64,000 nt of DNA, taken from assembly GCA_041725915.1 (NCBI GenBank), contig JBGRPZ010000007.1, positions 1,160-65,159 on the forward strand, written 5' to 3'. Every line of letters begins with the position of its first letter. The first letter of the stretch is position 1. Below are positions 1-10,694 of this stretch, in pieces. The notes under the pieces are model-generated. The model searched no databases. It had not been told where the DNA came from and saw only the letters and a list, made by a program, of their open reading frames with translations. Made by a program: the position numbers and the translations under genes. This DNA comes from Hyphomicrobiales bacterium (lineage in GTDB: Bacteria; Bacteroidota; Bacteroidia; Bacteroidales; JBGRPZ01).

Positions 1-428
1 AAAGTTTTTCTTCCAGCAATAGAACCTACATTAATAATAGTACCTGTTTTTCTTTCCTTCATGGAAGGCAATACAGCATATACACCATTGAGAAGTCCTT
101 TGATATTAACATCAATCATGGCATCCCACTCATTAGGGGCTTGTTCGGCAGCATCACCAAGTAGCATTACTCCCGCATTGTTGATCAATAGATCTGTTTT
201 ACCATATAGCTCTTCTGCTTCTTTTACGGCATTTATAAACATTTCTCTATCTCTAACATCTACTTTCTTACAGATTGTGTTAGGTAGGTTTAATGCTTCA
301 AGTTTCTCAATTCTTCTGGCTATCAACAAAAGAGGATGACCTAGTTTAGAAAATTCTTTAGCTGCTTCGGCTCCTATTCCGGAACTAGCCCCTGTGATTA
401 CCACTAATTTTTTTTGATCGGACATCAT
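1..428 (-). CDS. SDR family NAD(P)-dependent oxidoreductase (runs off the left edge of the window)
   Basis: Manual minus-strand translation from ATG at 428/425: MMSDQKKLVVITGASSGIGAEAAKEFSKLGHPLLLIARR...LINNAG...IINVGSIAG. TGxxxGIG and NNAG motifs. Not in the ORF track because it is truncated. Confidence 0.9.
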   Translation of the reverse strand, partial: MMSDQKKLVVITGASSGIGAEAAKEFSKLGHPLLLIARRIEKLEALNLPNTICKKVDVRDREMFINAVKEAEELYGKTDLLINNAGVMLLGDAAEQAPNEWDAMIDVNIKGLLNGVYAVLPSMKERKTGTIINVGSIAGRKT

Positions 429-693
429 ATTTATTTTTATTTAAGTGTTTCTTTAATGAAAGAGATTTCTATTCTCAATAGAATAAACATCCTTAATGTT
501 ACATTGAGCAGTTTATGCTCTTCAGTAGATATTAGCTAAAGCTCATAAATTGCACCTTTTTATAATATCTAATGTTATGGTAAATAAATGATAATTATAC
601 TGTTGTAATATAATATTGCAAATTTAAGCTTATCTGAAGTTTGTGGCAATATCAATTTTTAATGGTATCTATTAATGAAACTTATAATATATT

Positions 694-1524
694 ATGGATA
701 TTAGATTATTGAAGTTTTTTGTTGCTCTATATAAAGACAATAATATGACGATTGCTGCAGAACGATGCTTTGTAAGTCAGCCGTCTATATCTAATGGAAT
801 TAAACAATTGGAGGATGAATTGGGAGTGCAGCTTTTTGAAAGGATAAAAAAAGGTGTACAACCTACAGAAGAAGGACATCACCTTTATCCTATCGCCATA
901 AGGATACTTTCAGAATTTGATGATCTTAAGGAACAATTCAAACCCAATAAAAAAAGTAAATACTCCTTTAAACTTGCTATAATGCTAGATCTAAGTGTCT
1001 CCAGACTTTCAAAGTTTTATGAGAATATACGCTTGTTATCTGATGATGTACTTTTGGATCTTGTTGATTATAATGATACTGATTGTGATGCAAGAATTAC
1101 GCTTTTGGATTTTAAAAGTCAGGATGAATTATTCTTACCCCTGTGGACGGAAGATTATCTTCTATGTATATTAAAGTCGCATCCTCTTGCAAATTATTCT
1201 GAAGTAAATCTTGAAGACTTAAATAATTATAACTTTATTGAATGTCCTCCCTGTGAAGCCCATAAACAGACCTTAAGTCTGCTTAGTTGTTCAAAAAAGT
1301 ATATTGTAAGCTCGGGGACTTCCCATTACAAAAGTGGGGTGTTGGCTATGGTAAAGGCGGGTTATGGAATATCGTTTCTTCCTGAAGGTTTGATAGAGGG
1401 AGAAACAGATATAATAAGCCCTCCATTTAATGGCTCAAGGATGTATAGAAGTATAGGTATGGCATATAAAGGTGATAAAGCAGAAATGCCAATCATACAA
1501 AAGCTTATAGAATATTATCAATAA
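694..1524 (+). CDS. LysR family transcriptional regulator, divergent from the SDR gene
   Basis: N-terminal HTH AAERCFVSQPSISNGIKQLEDELGVQLFER; C-terminal VKAGYGISFLP. Confidence 0.92.
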   Translation: MDIRLLKFFVALYKDNNMTIAAERCFVSQPSISNGIKQLEDELGVQLFERIKKGVQPTEEGHHLYPIAIRILSEFDDLKEQFKPNKKSKYSFKLAIMLDLSVSRLSKFYENIRLLSDDVLLDLVDYNDTDCDARITLLDFKSQDELFLPLWTEDYLLCILKSHPLANYSEVNLEDLNNYNFIECPPCEAHKQTLSLLSCSKKYIVSSGTSHYKSGVLAMVKAGYGISFLPEGLIEGETDIISPPFNGSRMYRSIGMAYKGDKAEMPIIQKLIEYYQ

Positions 1525-1628
1525 ATTTATTTATTATATGTAATAAAAAATGCCTAAAGTTTAGTAACTTTATTATTACTCAAAAAGAATTTCACATCCA
1601 TTATTTATCTCAAAGAATTCCAGTTATT

Positions 1629-2087
1629 ATGATTAAGGAACTAAAGAAAGTAGACCTTTCCATGTGGGGGCTACTTACAGAAACCTTTGTGTTGAGGCAT
1701 CAATGCTGCAAAGATGTTCAAGATATCCGCGAGTATAAGATAGAATATTGTAATAAAGAATATAAGTGGTTTAAATCTTCGTGTTTTCCAAGTCTTTCAT
1801 GTACTTCCCCAAAATCTATTTCCCCAAGATTAGGCATAAGAGTTATTACTCCTGATATATATATGCGAATGCTAGATGTATCACAAGTAATAAAGATCTT
1901 TCATGAAGGAGATTATGGAGATTATTTTGTGAATGAGATTAAACTTTATTGGCCTTTATATTACTTATGTAAAGAACCTATATATGTGTTTGAAACTATG
2001 AATCATGACATTGTAAATATTAATGCTTTGTCAGGTAAAGTAAACTTGATATCCTTAACTAAAGACAAAGTCGAAGGAGTCATGTGA
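1629..2087 (+). CDS. hypothetical protein
   Basis: 152-aa ORF followed by a terminator; no recognisable motif. Confidence 0.45.
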   Translation: MIKELKKVDLSMWGLLTETFVLRHQCCKDVQDIREYKIEYCNKEYKWFKSSCFPSLSCTSPKSISPRLGIRVITPDIYMRMLDVSQVIKIFHEGDYGDYFVNEIKLYWPLYYLCKEPIYVFETMNHDIVNINALSGKVNLISLTKDKVEGVM

Positions 2088-2106
2088 TTTTATAAGTTCA
2101 TATTTG

Positions 2107-2146
2107 AAAGGGATATACTATAAGTTTCAAGTATATCCCTTTTTTT
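2107..2146 (+). terminator. intrinsic terminator
   Basis: aaagggatatact...agtatatccc followed by a T-run. Confidence 0.75.
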
Positions 2147-2236
2147 ATGGATAGATACACTTTGCAAGGTTTTACATCAAAACATTAAGTCTTAATTAAT
2201 TCATATCTTTGGCGGAAATAAAAAATAATAGTACGG

Positions 2237-3373
2237 ATGCTATTTAAAGATATTCCTGGACATCACGATATTAAGCGACGCCTTATTAATAATGTTAAGA
2301 AGCATAGAATTAGTCATGCTCAACTTTTTTTAGGTGCTGAAGGCAATGGTAAGTATGCTTTGGCGTTGGCTTATGCTCAATATATAAATTGTACTGACAA
2401 AAAAGAAGATGATTCTTGTGGACATTGTCCGTCGTGTATCAAGATGAATAAGTTGATACATCCGGATATGAATCTTGTAGTCCCTGTTGGAACTACTTCT
2501 AGTATTACCAGCAAGCCAATCACAAAGTATTTTCTTGAAGACTGGAGAGCCTTCTTGAATGAGAATAATTTCTTCCCAACTCTAAATGCTTGGTATCAGC
2601 ATATAAATATTGGAAATAAACAAGGAGCTATCAATGCTGAGGAATGTAATGAAATCATAAAGACCCTTAGCTATAAGGCTTATGAGGGGGGATTCAAGAT
2701 TATGATTATATACATGGTAGAGAAGCTTAATCATGCTGCTGCTCCTAAGTTGCTTAAAATACTTGAAGAACCTCCTGAGAAGACCTTGTTCATATTGATT
2801 GCGGAAGATCAGGAAAAGATCCTAAAAACTATTCTTTCAAGAACTCAACTCACTGTTATCCCTCCATATTCTGATGCTGAAGTGGAAGATTATATAAAGA
2901 ATAATAATTCTTGTGATGATCAAAAGGCTCAGTTAATAGCTAGTGTTTCGGAGGGAAACATAAGTACAGCTAAAGATTTATTGAATACAGATTTTTCTGA
3001 GAATAAAAACTTTATTCTATTCCGTGAATGGATGAGGCTTTGCTATTCAGGAAGTATTGCAAAAATACACCCTTTTGTAACAACCTTATCGAAGTTAGGT
3101 AGAGAGACTATAAAGGAATTCTTAATATTTGGATTGAGAACTGCAAGAAATTGCCTTATCTATGGATACCAACAGAGCAGTCTGCTCCATCTAACAGAAG
3201 AAGAGTTTGAGTTTATAAAGAAGTTTTCCCCTTTCTTCAATACAAATAACCTGATTCCTGCTATTGATCAATTAGATAAAGCGGTATATCATGTGGAAAG
3301 AAATGCAAATGGGAATATCCTTTTAATGGATTTATCCGTTAAGTTTATTAAATTACTTAAAATCAGAGTTTGA
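2237..3373 (+). CDS. holB: DNA polymerase III subunit delta'
   Basis: HAQLFLG-x-EG, zinc motif CGHCPSC, HPD, KLLKILEEPP, TILSR. Confidence 0.92.
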   Translation: MLFKDIPGHHDIKRRLINNVKKHRISHAQLFLGAEGNGKYALALAYAQYINCTDKKEDDSCGHCPSCIKMNKLIHPDMNLVVPVGTTSSITSKPITKYFLEDWRAFLNENNFFPTLNAWYQHINIGNKQGAINAEECNEIIKTLSYKAYEGGFKIMIIYMVEKLNHAAAPKLLKILEEPPEKTLFILIAEDQEKILKTILSRTQLTVIPPYSDAEVEDYIKNNNSCDDQKAQLIASVSEGNISTAKDLLNTDFSENKNFILFREWMRLCYSGSIAKIHPFVTTLSKLGRETIKEFLIFGLRTARNCLIYGYQQSSLLHLTEEEFEFIKKFSPFFNTNNLIPAIDQLDKAVYHVERNANGNILLMDLSVKFIKLLKIRV

Positions 3374-3507
3374 TAAGGGGAGTTGGTTGGTTAAGTGGAT
3401 TTTGACACTCTTTTGTTAACTTTGTGAATATTTTAACCAATACACTTAATAGACATAAAGACTTCTTGCTAATAGAGGATCTTTTTGTTCGTTATTTTTA
3501 TATATGT

Positions 3508-4710
3508 ATGGAAAAAGAAGATAAAAAACAAGATATAAATAATACAGATAAATTTAAATCAAGAGGATTGGATAACATACCAGATCCTTCTGATACTTCT
3601 ATCAAGAGCTGCTCTTACCAATGTTCAAAGCTTGATTCTTATGATTGGTTGAGCAATGTAGTTTCTATTGGAGACTATAAATACTCTAATGTTGCTGAAG
3701 TAAGATTTAAGAATAATAGAAAAGAATTCTTTTCTTACTCAAAGGAAATGCAGTTAAAAGAAGGTGACTTGGTTGCTGTTGAAGCCACTCCAGGGCATGA
3801 TATAGGTATTGTCTGCCTTATTGGTGATGCTGTAAGACTTCAGATTGAAAAGAAAAAGAGTCAAATAAAAAGACCTGAGTTTAAAAAGATTTATCGTAGA
3901 GTCAGACCCTCAGACATTGAAAAATGGATTGTTGCTGTAGATAAAGAAGATGAAACTTTCATTAAATCTAAGCAAACGGTTGAAGAAGTTGGCCTCGAAA
4001 TGAAAATCAATGATGTAGAATATCAAGGTGATAATACAAAAGCAATATTCTACTATACTGCTGATGATAGAGTTGACTTTAGAGAACTGATAAAGAAACT
4101 GGCTGAAATATTCCGTGTTCGTATTGAAATGCGACAAATTGGAGTCAGACAGGAAGCTGGTAAGCTTGGTGGAATCGGTTCTTGTGGTCGTGAACTTTGC
4201 TGTTCAACATGGATGACAAATTTCAGATCTGTTACCACTAACACTGCTCGCCTTCAACAGCTTTCCCTGAATCCACAGAAGCTAGCAGGGCAATGTGGTA
4301 AGCTTAAATGTTGTCTTAACTTTGAGTATGATGGATATAAAGAGGCACTTCAAGAATTTCCTGATCAGGAAACTGTCCTTAAGACTAAAAAGGGAAATGC
4401 TATTCATCAAAAAACTGATGTATATCAAAAGATAATTTGGTATTCTTATGAAAATGATCCTTTCAAGATGATACCTATCCCATTAGATAAAGCTTATAAA
4501 ATCATCTCTGTGAATAAAAGAGGAAAGCTTGTTGATAAGCTTGAAGATTATTCAGTGCCAAAGGAACAGGGAGAGATAATCGTTGATTTAAAAAGTGATG
4601 TTGATATTAATGAGGAACCTTCAAAACCAAAAAAACAGAATAAAAGCAATCAAAATGGAAATGGAGGAAATCGTCGAAAAAAGAACTTTAACAGAAAACC
4701 TCGAAAATGA
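3508..4710 (+). CDS. ricT: PSP1/RicT (YaaT)-family Fe-S regulatory protein
   Basis: FYYTADDRVDFRELIK, GGIGSCGRELCC, GQCGKLKCCL. ATG 3508 preferred over the GTG at 3424. holB-ricT-gldH order. Confidence 0.88.
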   Translation: MEKEDKKQDINNTDKFKSRGLDNIPDPSDTSIKSCSYQCSKLDSYDWLSNVVSIGDYKYSNVAEVRFKNNRKEFFSYSKEMQLKEGDLVAVEATPGHDIGIVCLIGDAVRLQIEKKKSQIKRPEFKKIYRRVRPSDIEKWIVAVDKEDETFIKSKQTVEEVGLEMKINDVEYQGDNTKAIFYYTADDRVDFRELIKKLAEIFRVRIEMRQIGVRQEAGKLGGIGSCGRELCCSTWMTNFRSVTTNTARLQQLSLNPQKLAGQCGKLKCCLNFEYDGYKEALQEFPDQETVLKTKKGNAIHQKTDVYQKIIWYSYENDPFKMIPIPLDKAYKIISVNKRGKLVDKLEDYSVPKEQGEIIVDLKSDVDINEEPSKPKKQNKSNQNGNGGNRRKKNFNRKPRK

Positions 4711-5183
4711 AACGCTTAGCTATTTTTTTTACTTCTACTATTATAATAGTACAGTTTCTTGCTTCATGTAATAATGCTACCTATGATCATTATGTACAAA
4801 TAGATGATGGTAAATGGGATAAAAATCATGCTGCGAAGTTTGTTGTACCTATTGAAGATACTTTAACCTTTTATAAGGTTTTCTTGAATGTGAGAAATGA
4901 TGCCAGATACCCATATAGAAATGTCTATTTCTTTATGGACTTAATTGATCCGAGTGGAAAAGTTCAACGAGATACTATAGATATTGATATTGCAGATCAA
5001 CATGGGAAATGGCTAGGAAGTGGTTTAGGTGAAATTAAGCATAATAGAATCTTACTAAGCCCTTCTGTACATCTATCACAAAAGGGAAACTATACTTTCC
5101 TTATTGAACAAGCAATGCGAAAAGACACCTTAGTGGGTCTAAGAGATATAGGTATTAGAATAGAAAAGAATAAAACAAACTAA
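4707..5183 (+). CDS. gldH: gliding motility lipoprotein GldH
   Basis: Lipobox FLASC; YPYRNVYF, GKWLGSG, IEQAMR, GLRDIG. Confidence 0.9.
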   Translation: MKRLAIFFTSTIIIVQFLASCNNATYDHYVQIDDGKWDKNHAAKFVVPIEDTLTFYKVFLNVRNDARYPYRNVYFFMDLIDPSGKVQRDTIDIDIADQHGKWLGSGLGEIKHNRILLSPSVHLSQKGNYTFLIEQAMRKDTLVGLRDIGIRIEKNKTN

Positions 5184-5192
5184 ATCAGATCA

Positions 5193-7487
5193 ATGACTGA
5201 AAATAAAAAAGTTAATTTAAAAGAAAAAGAAAAACGCCTGTTGAGAAAAGTATTGCTTTGGGTTTGGGGACTATTTGCTTTTGGTGTAATATTTATATTT
5301 TTCATCTTTTTAGGGATCTCTCTTGAATGGTTTGGAGGTATGCCTACTTTTGAAGAACTAGAAAATCCTAAATCTTTTCAGGCTTCTGAAATTTATTCTT
5401 CCGATAACAAGATGTTAGGGAAATACTATATTGAAAACAGATCTAGTGTTGAATATAAGAATATTTCTCCTAACCTTATTAATGCGTTAATGGCAATTGA
5501 AGATGTGCGTTTTGAAGAACATTCTGGCATTGATGAAATTGCTCTATTTAGAGTTGTTGAAGGTATCGTTACTGGAAATCACAAAGGTGGCGGTAGTACA
5601 TTGACTCAACAGCTGGCAAAAAACCTTTTCCCTCGTGGTAATTTGAATAAAGTAAGATTGATCTTACGTAAACTTCAGGAATGGGTTACTGCTACCAAAC
5701 TTGAAAGAAATTATTCCAAAGAGGAAATTATTGCTATGTATTTAAATACTGTTCCTTTTGGCAATAATTCTTTTGGTGTTAAAGCTGCTGCGAAAACTTT
5801 CTTCAACAAAACTCCTGATTCATTGAATCTTCAAGAATCTGCCTTATTGGCTGGTGTTGTTAATGCTCCCACCCGGTTTAACCCTATAAGGAATCCTGAG
5901 AATGCCTTTAAGAGAAGAAATATTGTCCTCTATCAAATGGAAAAGTATGGATTCATCACTGAAGCTGAATATGATAGTGTAAAGATGATACCTATTGATA
6001 TGTCTGAATTTGGAGTTCTTGATCATAATTCAGGTCAGGCAAGATATTTCCGTGAGTATGTAAGAACTTTCATGAAAAAGTGGTGTAAGGATCACTTGAA
6101 ACCTAATGGGAAACCTTATGACCTTTATAGAGATGGATTACGTGTATATACATCTATTGACTCCAGACTACAAAAGTATGCCGAGGAAGCTGTTGCTGAA
6201 CATATAGGTAAAGACTTACAGCCTGCTTTTGTGAAGGATATGAAGAATAATAGGAATGCTCCATTTATTTTTCCAAGTGCTACTGCTAGTAAGGATATAA
6301 AAAGACTTATGACTCGTGCTATGAAGCGTTCATACAGATATAAGAGTATGAAAAGAGCCGGAGTCCCTGAAGATTCTATATTACTGGCTTTTAATAAACC
6401 TATTGAAATGAGGGTTTTTGCATGGAATAAACAAGGACATGTTGATACAGTAATGTCTCCTGTTGATTCTATCAGATATTATAAATCATTCCTAAATGTT
6501 GGACTAATGTCTATGGAACCAGAAACAGGACATGTGAAAGCTTATGTAGGTGGTATTGATTATATGTACTTTAAATTTGATCATGTGTCTCAGGGACAGA
6601 GACAAGTTGGTTCTACTTTTAAGCCATTCTTATATGCGTTGGCTATGCAGGAAGGATCTTTTACTCCTTGTACAAAAGTTGCAAACATCCCTTATTCTGT
6701 TGAGCTTTCTGATGGAACATTCTGGACTCCTGATAATGCAGGTTCAAAGAGAGTTGGAGAGGAAGTTACTTTACAATGGGCTTTGGCAAATTCTAATAAC
6801 TGGATTTCAGCTTACCTTATGAAGAACTTTAGCCCTCAATCTGTAATTAAGCTTACAGGAAAGATGGGTATAACAGCAGATATCCCTGCAGTTCCTTCGA
6901 TTGCTTTAGGATCTGCAGATATCAAACTTGATGAGATGGTTGCTGCAATGAATACTTTTGTTGATAGGGGAGTTTATGTCGAACCTATATTCATCACAAG
7001 AATAGAAGATAAAAACGGTAATATCCTAGAACGATTTTCTCCTGAAAGAAGAGAGGCGATAAGTGAAAATACAGCTTATAAGATGCTTCAACTTATGAAA
7101 GGTGTTGTGCGTTCTGGTACAGGTATTCGCTTGAGAACAAGATATGGATTCAATAATCCTATTGCTGGTAAAACAGGTACAACACAAAATCAATCCGATG
7201 GTTGGTTTATGGGCTTAATTCCTGATCTTACTACTGGTGTATGGGTAGGTGCTGAAGATCGCAGTGTTCATTTTAGAACCATTACTCTGGGACAGGGTGC
7301 AAATATGGCATTGCCAATTTGGGCTTTATATATGAAAAAAGCATATGCTGATCCAAGCTTGAAGTTATCGAAAGATGATTTCCCTGCACCTCCGGGGATG
7401 AATTCAAGTATCTTTGATTGTAAAGATGCTACAGATAATTCGAACGACAACCTCATGAATGAGGATCCTGACAATGATATATTCTAA
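5193..7487 (+). CDS. penicillin-binding protein 1A (transglycosylase/transpeptidase)
   Basis: EDVRFEEHSG, GGSTLTQQLAKN, RKLQE, SxxK (GSTFK), SNN, KTG. Confidence 0.95.
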   Translation: MTENKKVNLKEKEKRLLRKVLLWVWGLFAFGVIFIFFIFLGISLEWFGGMPTFEELENPKSFQASEIYSSDNKMLGKYYIENRSSVEYKNISPNLINALMAIEDVRFEEHSGIDEIALFRVVEGIVTGNHKGGGSTLTQQLAKNLFPRGNLNKVRLILRKLQEWVTATKLERNYSKEEIIAMYLNTVPFGNNSFGVKAAAKTFFNKTPDSLNLQESALLAGVVNAPTRFNPIRNPENAFKRRNIVLYQMEKYGFITEAEYDSVKMIPIDMSEFGVLDHNSGQARYFREYVRTFMKKWCKDHLKPNGKPYDLYRDGLRVYTSIDSRLQKYAEEAVAEHIGKDLQPAFVKDMKNNRNAPFIFPSATASKDIKRLMTRAMKRSYRYKSMKRAGVPEDSILLAFNKPIEMRVFAWNKQGHVDTVMSPVDSIRYYKSFLNVGLMSMEPETGHVKAYVGGIDYMYFKFDHVSQGQRQVGSTFKPFLYALAMQEGSFTPCTKVANIPYSVELSDGTFWTPDNAGSKRVGEEVTLQWALANSNNWISAYLMKNFSPQSVIKLTGKMGITADIPAVPSIALGSADIKLDEMVAAMNTFVDRGVYVEPIFITRIEDKNGNILERFSPERREAISENTAYKMLQLMKGVVRSGTGIRLRTRYGFNNPIAGKTGTTQNQSDGWFMGLIPDLTTGVWVGAEDRSVHFRTITLGQGANMALPIWALYMKKAYADPSLKLSKDDFPAPPGMNSSIFDCKDATDNSNDNLMNEDPDNDIF

Positions 7488-7509
7488 AATAGATACATAT
7501 TATATGCAT

Positions 7510-7541
7510 AAAAAAAGCAATCCAACAGGATTGCTTTTTTT
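7510..7541. terminator. bidirectional terminator between convergent genes
   Basis: aaaaaaagcaatcc-aaca-ggattgcttttttt. Confidence 0.85.
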
Positions 7542-7561
7542 GTAATATCTTTTTGGTTTAT

Positions 7562-10102
7562 CTAAAATCTTGTTATTAATCTTACATTTAGATATCTTGA
7601 AGTAAGATAGTTTGGAATAGCATAAGACCTTCCATCATAAGATTGAAACCATTCATAGCTGATAACATTATTGATATCAAAGAGATTAAAGACTTCAAGA
7701 TGTACACTCATAGACTTTATATGTCTAAGAAAGCTTTTCTTACTCCTACGTTCATCTGAGATGATCTCTTTAGAGAAACCTAAGTCAACTCTTCTGTATG
7801 GTGAGAGTTCATATCCTGCGGCATCACTGGCAGCTCTTGGAGTGTTTGGAACATCAACAGGAAGACGAGTTCCAAATACAAACTTTAAATGCACTTTGAA
7901 AGTAGGATCTATAGGTAAGTTGTCCTGGAAGAAGATAGCAGCTGTTAATAGTTGGTCAGATGGTCTACGGGTATATCCCGGAGATATAAGTAAACTATCA
8001 TTTGCTACACCGTCAAACTCTTTACCTCTATAAACGATATAACCATTATCATTGTAGAACTCATAAAAGTCACTATCGGCAATATTTTCTCTTGTATTCA
8101 ATAAGGATAGACTAGCATAAGACTCTACGCCTGGTATAAACTCCCCATTGATTCTAAAGTCTAATCCTGTAGCGTAACCAATACCTTTATTGTTTGCCTG
8201 ATACTTGATTCTTACATTATCAATAGTGTAAGGATTGATATCCCACAGATATTTATAATATAGCTCTCCTGATATCTTGAATGGCCTTTCCCATATGGTA
8301 AGTTGTTTTTCTGCTGCAAAGCTAATCTGCCATGATTTTTGAGACTTGACATCACGGTTTAGTTCTCCTTGCATATCTCTTATCTCTCTATAGAAAGGAG
8401 GTTGATAATAAAGACCTGTTGCTAACTTGAATGTAAGTTGATCATCCCAGTAAGGGGTATACGAAGCATATATTCGGGGAGTGATAAAGAACTCTTTATT
8501 GATATCCCAATAACTAGCTCTAAGTCCAATATTCAAGGTGTAATTACTTTGCTTCTCTGTGATGAAGCTGAAAGAGTTTTGCAAGTATCCTGTAATACGA
8601 TGAGACTGTAATTTTGCTTTGGATGATAATGAATGTTTAAGTTTAAGATCGAATCTTTCTGGATTAGGTTTGCCAAACTGTATGGGTAAATCGGGAATGT
8701 TATATCCTAATGAATCAAACATTGTCCATTCACTTATCTTATCATCGATACTTTCATTTTGATACTTTAGCTGCCACTCAAGATTGTGTTTGCCATATTT
8801 AAACTCTCCGTGTTGAGCAATGTTGAATACATCAATGTATAAGCGGTTTCTTGCATGACGAAGCTGAGCGCCTATGCCTTGCTCGCCAGTTATGTTTCCA
8901 AAATTTTCACTACCTAATTGTGAGTCCAATTCACCAATGAAGTATTCACCATAAATATCAAAATATTCTGTTTCCGTTGACTGAAAGCCAGAAAGTATAA
9001 GGTCGAGTTTAACTTTGTTTGAAGGTTTGTATGAAAGGGTATAGCCACCAAAAAGTGTTTTGAACTGATCCTTTTCATTTCCATCAAAGTATGTCTTTAG
9101 CTGTTTGGCATTATTTACAGTACCAAAACTGGTTTCTTTTGATGTAGGGACTACTTGGTAAGTATTGTCAGAGTAATATCCCAAAGCAGACATTGACCAT
9201 TTGTCTGATAGATCATAATTGACCAAAGCCTGAAAATCAAGAAACTTAGGTTTGTAATCTCCTTTTGTATCAAGTGTATTTAGAATGCCTGAAGTTGACT
9301 TTCTTCTAAATCCTGCAATGTAATTCAGTTTTTTGTTCTTAGTAGCTCCTCCAATTGTAATATTCTGACTCAATAGATTCAAGTCTACAGAACCACCAAA
9401 TTTCTCAGGATTCTTGTATTTTACATCTAATACTGATGATAATTTATCTCCATATTTTGAAGGGAAACCTCCAGCAGAAAACATTAATGAACCTACCATC
9501 TCTGGATTGACAAACGAAAGCCCTTCTTGTTGCCCTGAGCGTACAAGCTGAGGTTTGTATATTTCATATCCGTTGACATAGATAAGGTTCTCGTCAAAGT
9601 TACCACCTCTTACATTATATTGAGAACTTAGCTCATTGGTTTGTACAACACCTCCTTGAGCCAATAAGATTTCGGATATACTTCCAGATGCAGATGGAAG
9701 ATTCTGTATAGCTTTAGGATCTATTCTGTTTAGCGTAGATCTTGATATTTTTTTATCTCTAATTTCTATTTCAGGTATGTTTTGAGCATTTACTTCCAGA
9801 CTGACATCAAATTCTTTTTGCTCATTTGGCTTAAGGTATATGTTGAAGTATCGTGTTTTGTATCCTATATAAGAAAATACCAAAACGAATTTCTTTTCAC
9901 TTGGAACTGTTAGGGAGTAATGGCCATCATCATCAGTAATTATCCCATAAGGATAACCTTGAATTGCAACATTTACTAAAGGAATGACTGCTTTATCAGA
10001 ATCTGTAACTTGTCCGGAAATAGTTCCTCTTTGCTGTGCTATAGCACTAAATGAGAGCAAAAGGGATATGGTAGTTATGCAAAAGTGTTTATAGAAGCTC
10101 AT
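7562..10102 (-). CDS. TonB-dependent receptor with N-terminal carboxypeptidase-regulatory-like domain
   Basis: Signal peptide, LVFSYIGY, plug YNVRGGNFDEN, C-terminal Phe. Confidence 0.9.
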   Translation of the reverse strand: MSFYKHFCITTISLLLSFSAIAQQRGTISGQVTDSDKAVIPLVNVAIQGYPYGIITDDDGHYSLTVPSEKKFVLVFSYIGYKTRYFNIYLKPNEQKEFDVSLEVNAQNIPEIEIRDKKISRSTLNRIDPKAIQNLPSASGSISEILLAQGGVVQTNELSSQYNVRGGNFDENLIYVNGYEIYKPQLVRSGQQEGLSFVNPEMVGSLMFSAGGFPSKYGDKLSSVLDVKYKNPEKFGGSVDLNLLSQNITIGGATKNKKLNYIAGFRRKSTSGILNTLDTKGDYKPKFLDFQALVNYDLSDKWSMSALGYYSDNTYQVVPTSKETSFGTVNNAKQLKTYFDGNEKDQFKTLFGGYTLSYKPSNKVKLDLILSGFQSTETEYFDIYGEYFIGELDSQLGSENFGNITGEQGIGAQLRHARNRLYIDVFNIAQHGEFKYGKHNLEWQLKYQNESIDDKISEWTMFDSLGYNIPDLPIQFGKPNPERFDLKLKHSLSSKAKLQSHRITGYLQNSFSFITEKQSNYTLNIGLRASYWDINKEFFITPRIYASYTPYWDDQLTFKLATGLYYQPPFYREIRDMQGELNRDVKSQKSWQISFAAEKQLTIWERPFKISGELYYKYLWDINPYTIDNVRIKYQANNKGIGYATGLDFRINGEFIPGVESYASLSLLNTRENIADSDFYEFYNDNGYIVYRGKEFDGVANDSLLISPGYTRRPSDQLLTAAIFFQDNLPIDPTFKVHLKFVFGTRLPVDVPNTPRAASDAAGYELSPYRRVDLGFSKEIISDERRSKKSFLRHIKSMSVHLEVFNLFDINNVISYEWFQSYDGRSYAIPNYLTSRYLNVRLITRF

Positions 10103-10273
10103 TAAAATAAATAAGTGTTGATGAAATGTGAAAAGAACAAAATTATCATATTATTTGGAATAACCTATCTGAACAAGAATCATTTCTCTATATCATCAAA
10201 GAAGAAGGTATAAAAAAACTGCTATATCTGGATAGAGATATAGCAGCTTTATAGTATTAGGTCTAATAATATC

Positions 10274-10510
10274 TTATTTAAGAAAACCTTTTTGTCTAGC
10301 ATCTTTCATTGCTACATGAATACCTTTCTTGTCAATTGTCTTCAATCCTTTTGAAGAAACTTTTAGGACTACCCATTCGCCTGTTTCTGGAACAAAAAAC
10401 TTCTTTGTGTGAAGATTAGGATAAAACTTTCTCTTAGTCTTGATGTTTGAGTGAGAAACGTTATTTCCTGTGATTACTTTTTTTCCAGTGATTTCACAAA
10501 TTCTTGACAT
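10274..10510 (-). CDS. rpmB: 50S ribosomal protein L28
   Basis: MSRICEITGKKVITGNNVSHSNIKTKRKFYPNL. Confidence 0.98.
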   Translation of the reverse strand: MSRICEITGKKVITGNNVSHSNIKTKRKFYPNLHTKKFFVPETGEWVVLKVSSKGLKTIDKKGIHVAMKDARQKGFLK

Positions 10511-10694
10511 TGCTCAATATTTTTTAAAATTGCTTTCTACTTTCTAAAAACGGGTTGCAAAATACGTAATAATTTTTCTAATAATCAAGTTGTAAGAAGA
10601 AATTTTTATGTATTTCAGTGAATTAGCCCTCAAAGAGTTTCTTTCTTTTGTTGATTAACGCTAATTAATATTCATTATTTGACATTAATAAATA

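Noticed and set aside
61-339. Plus-strand 92-aa ORF
   Set aside because: Antisense shadow of the SDR gene.
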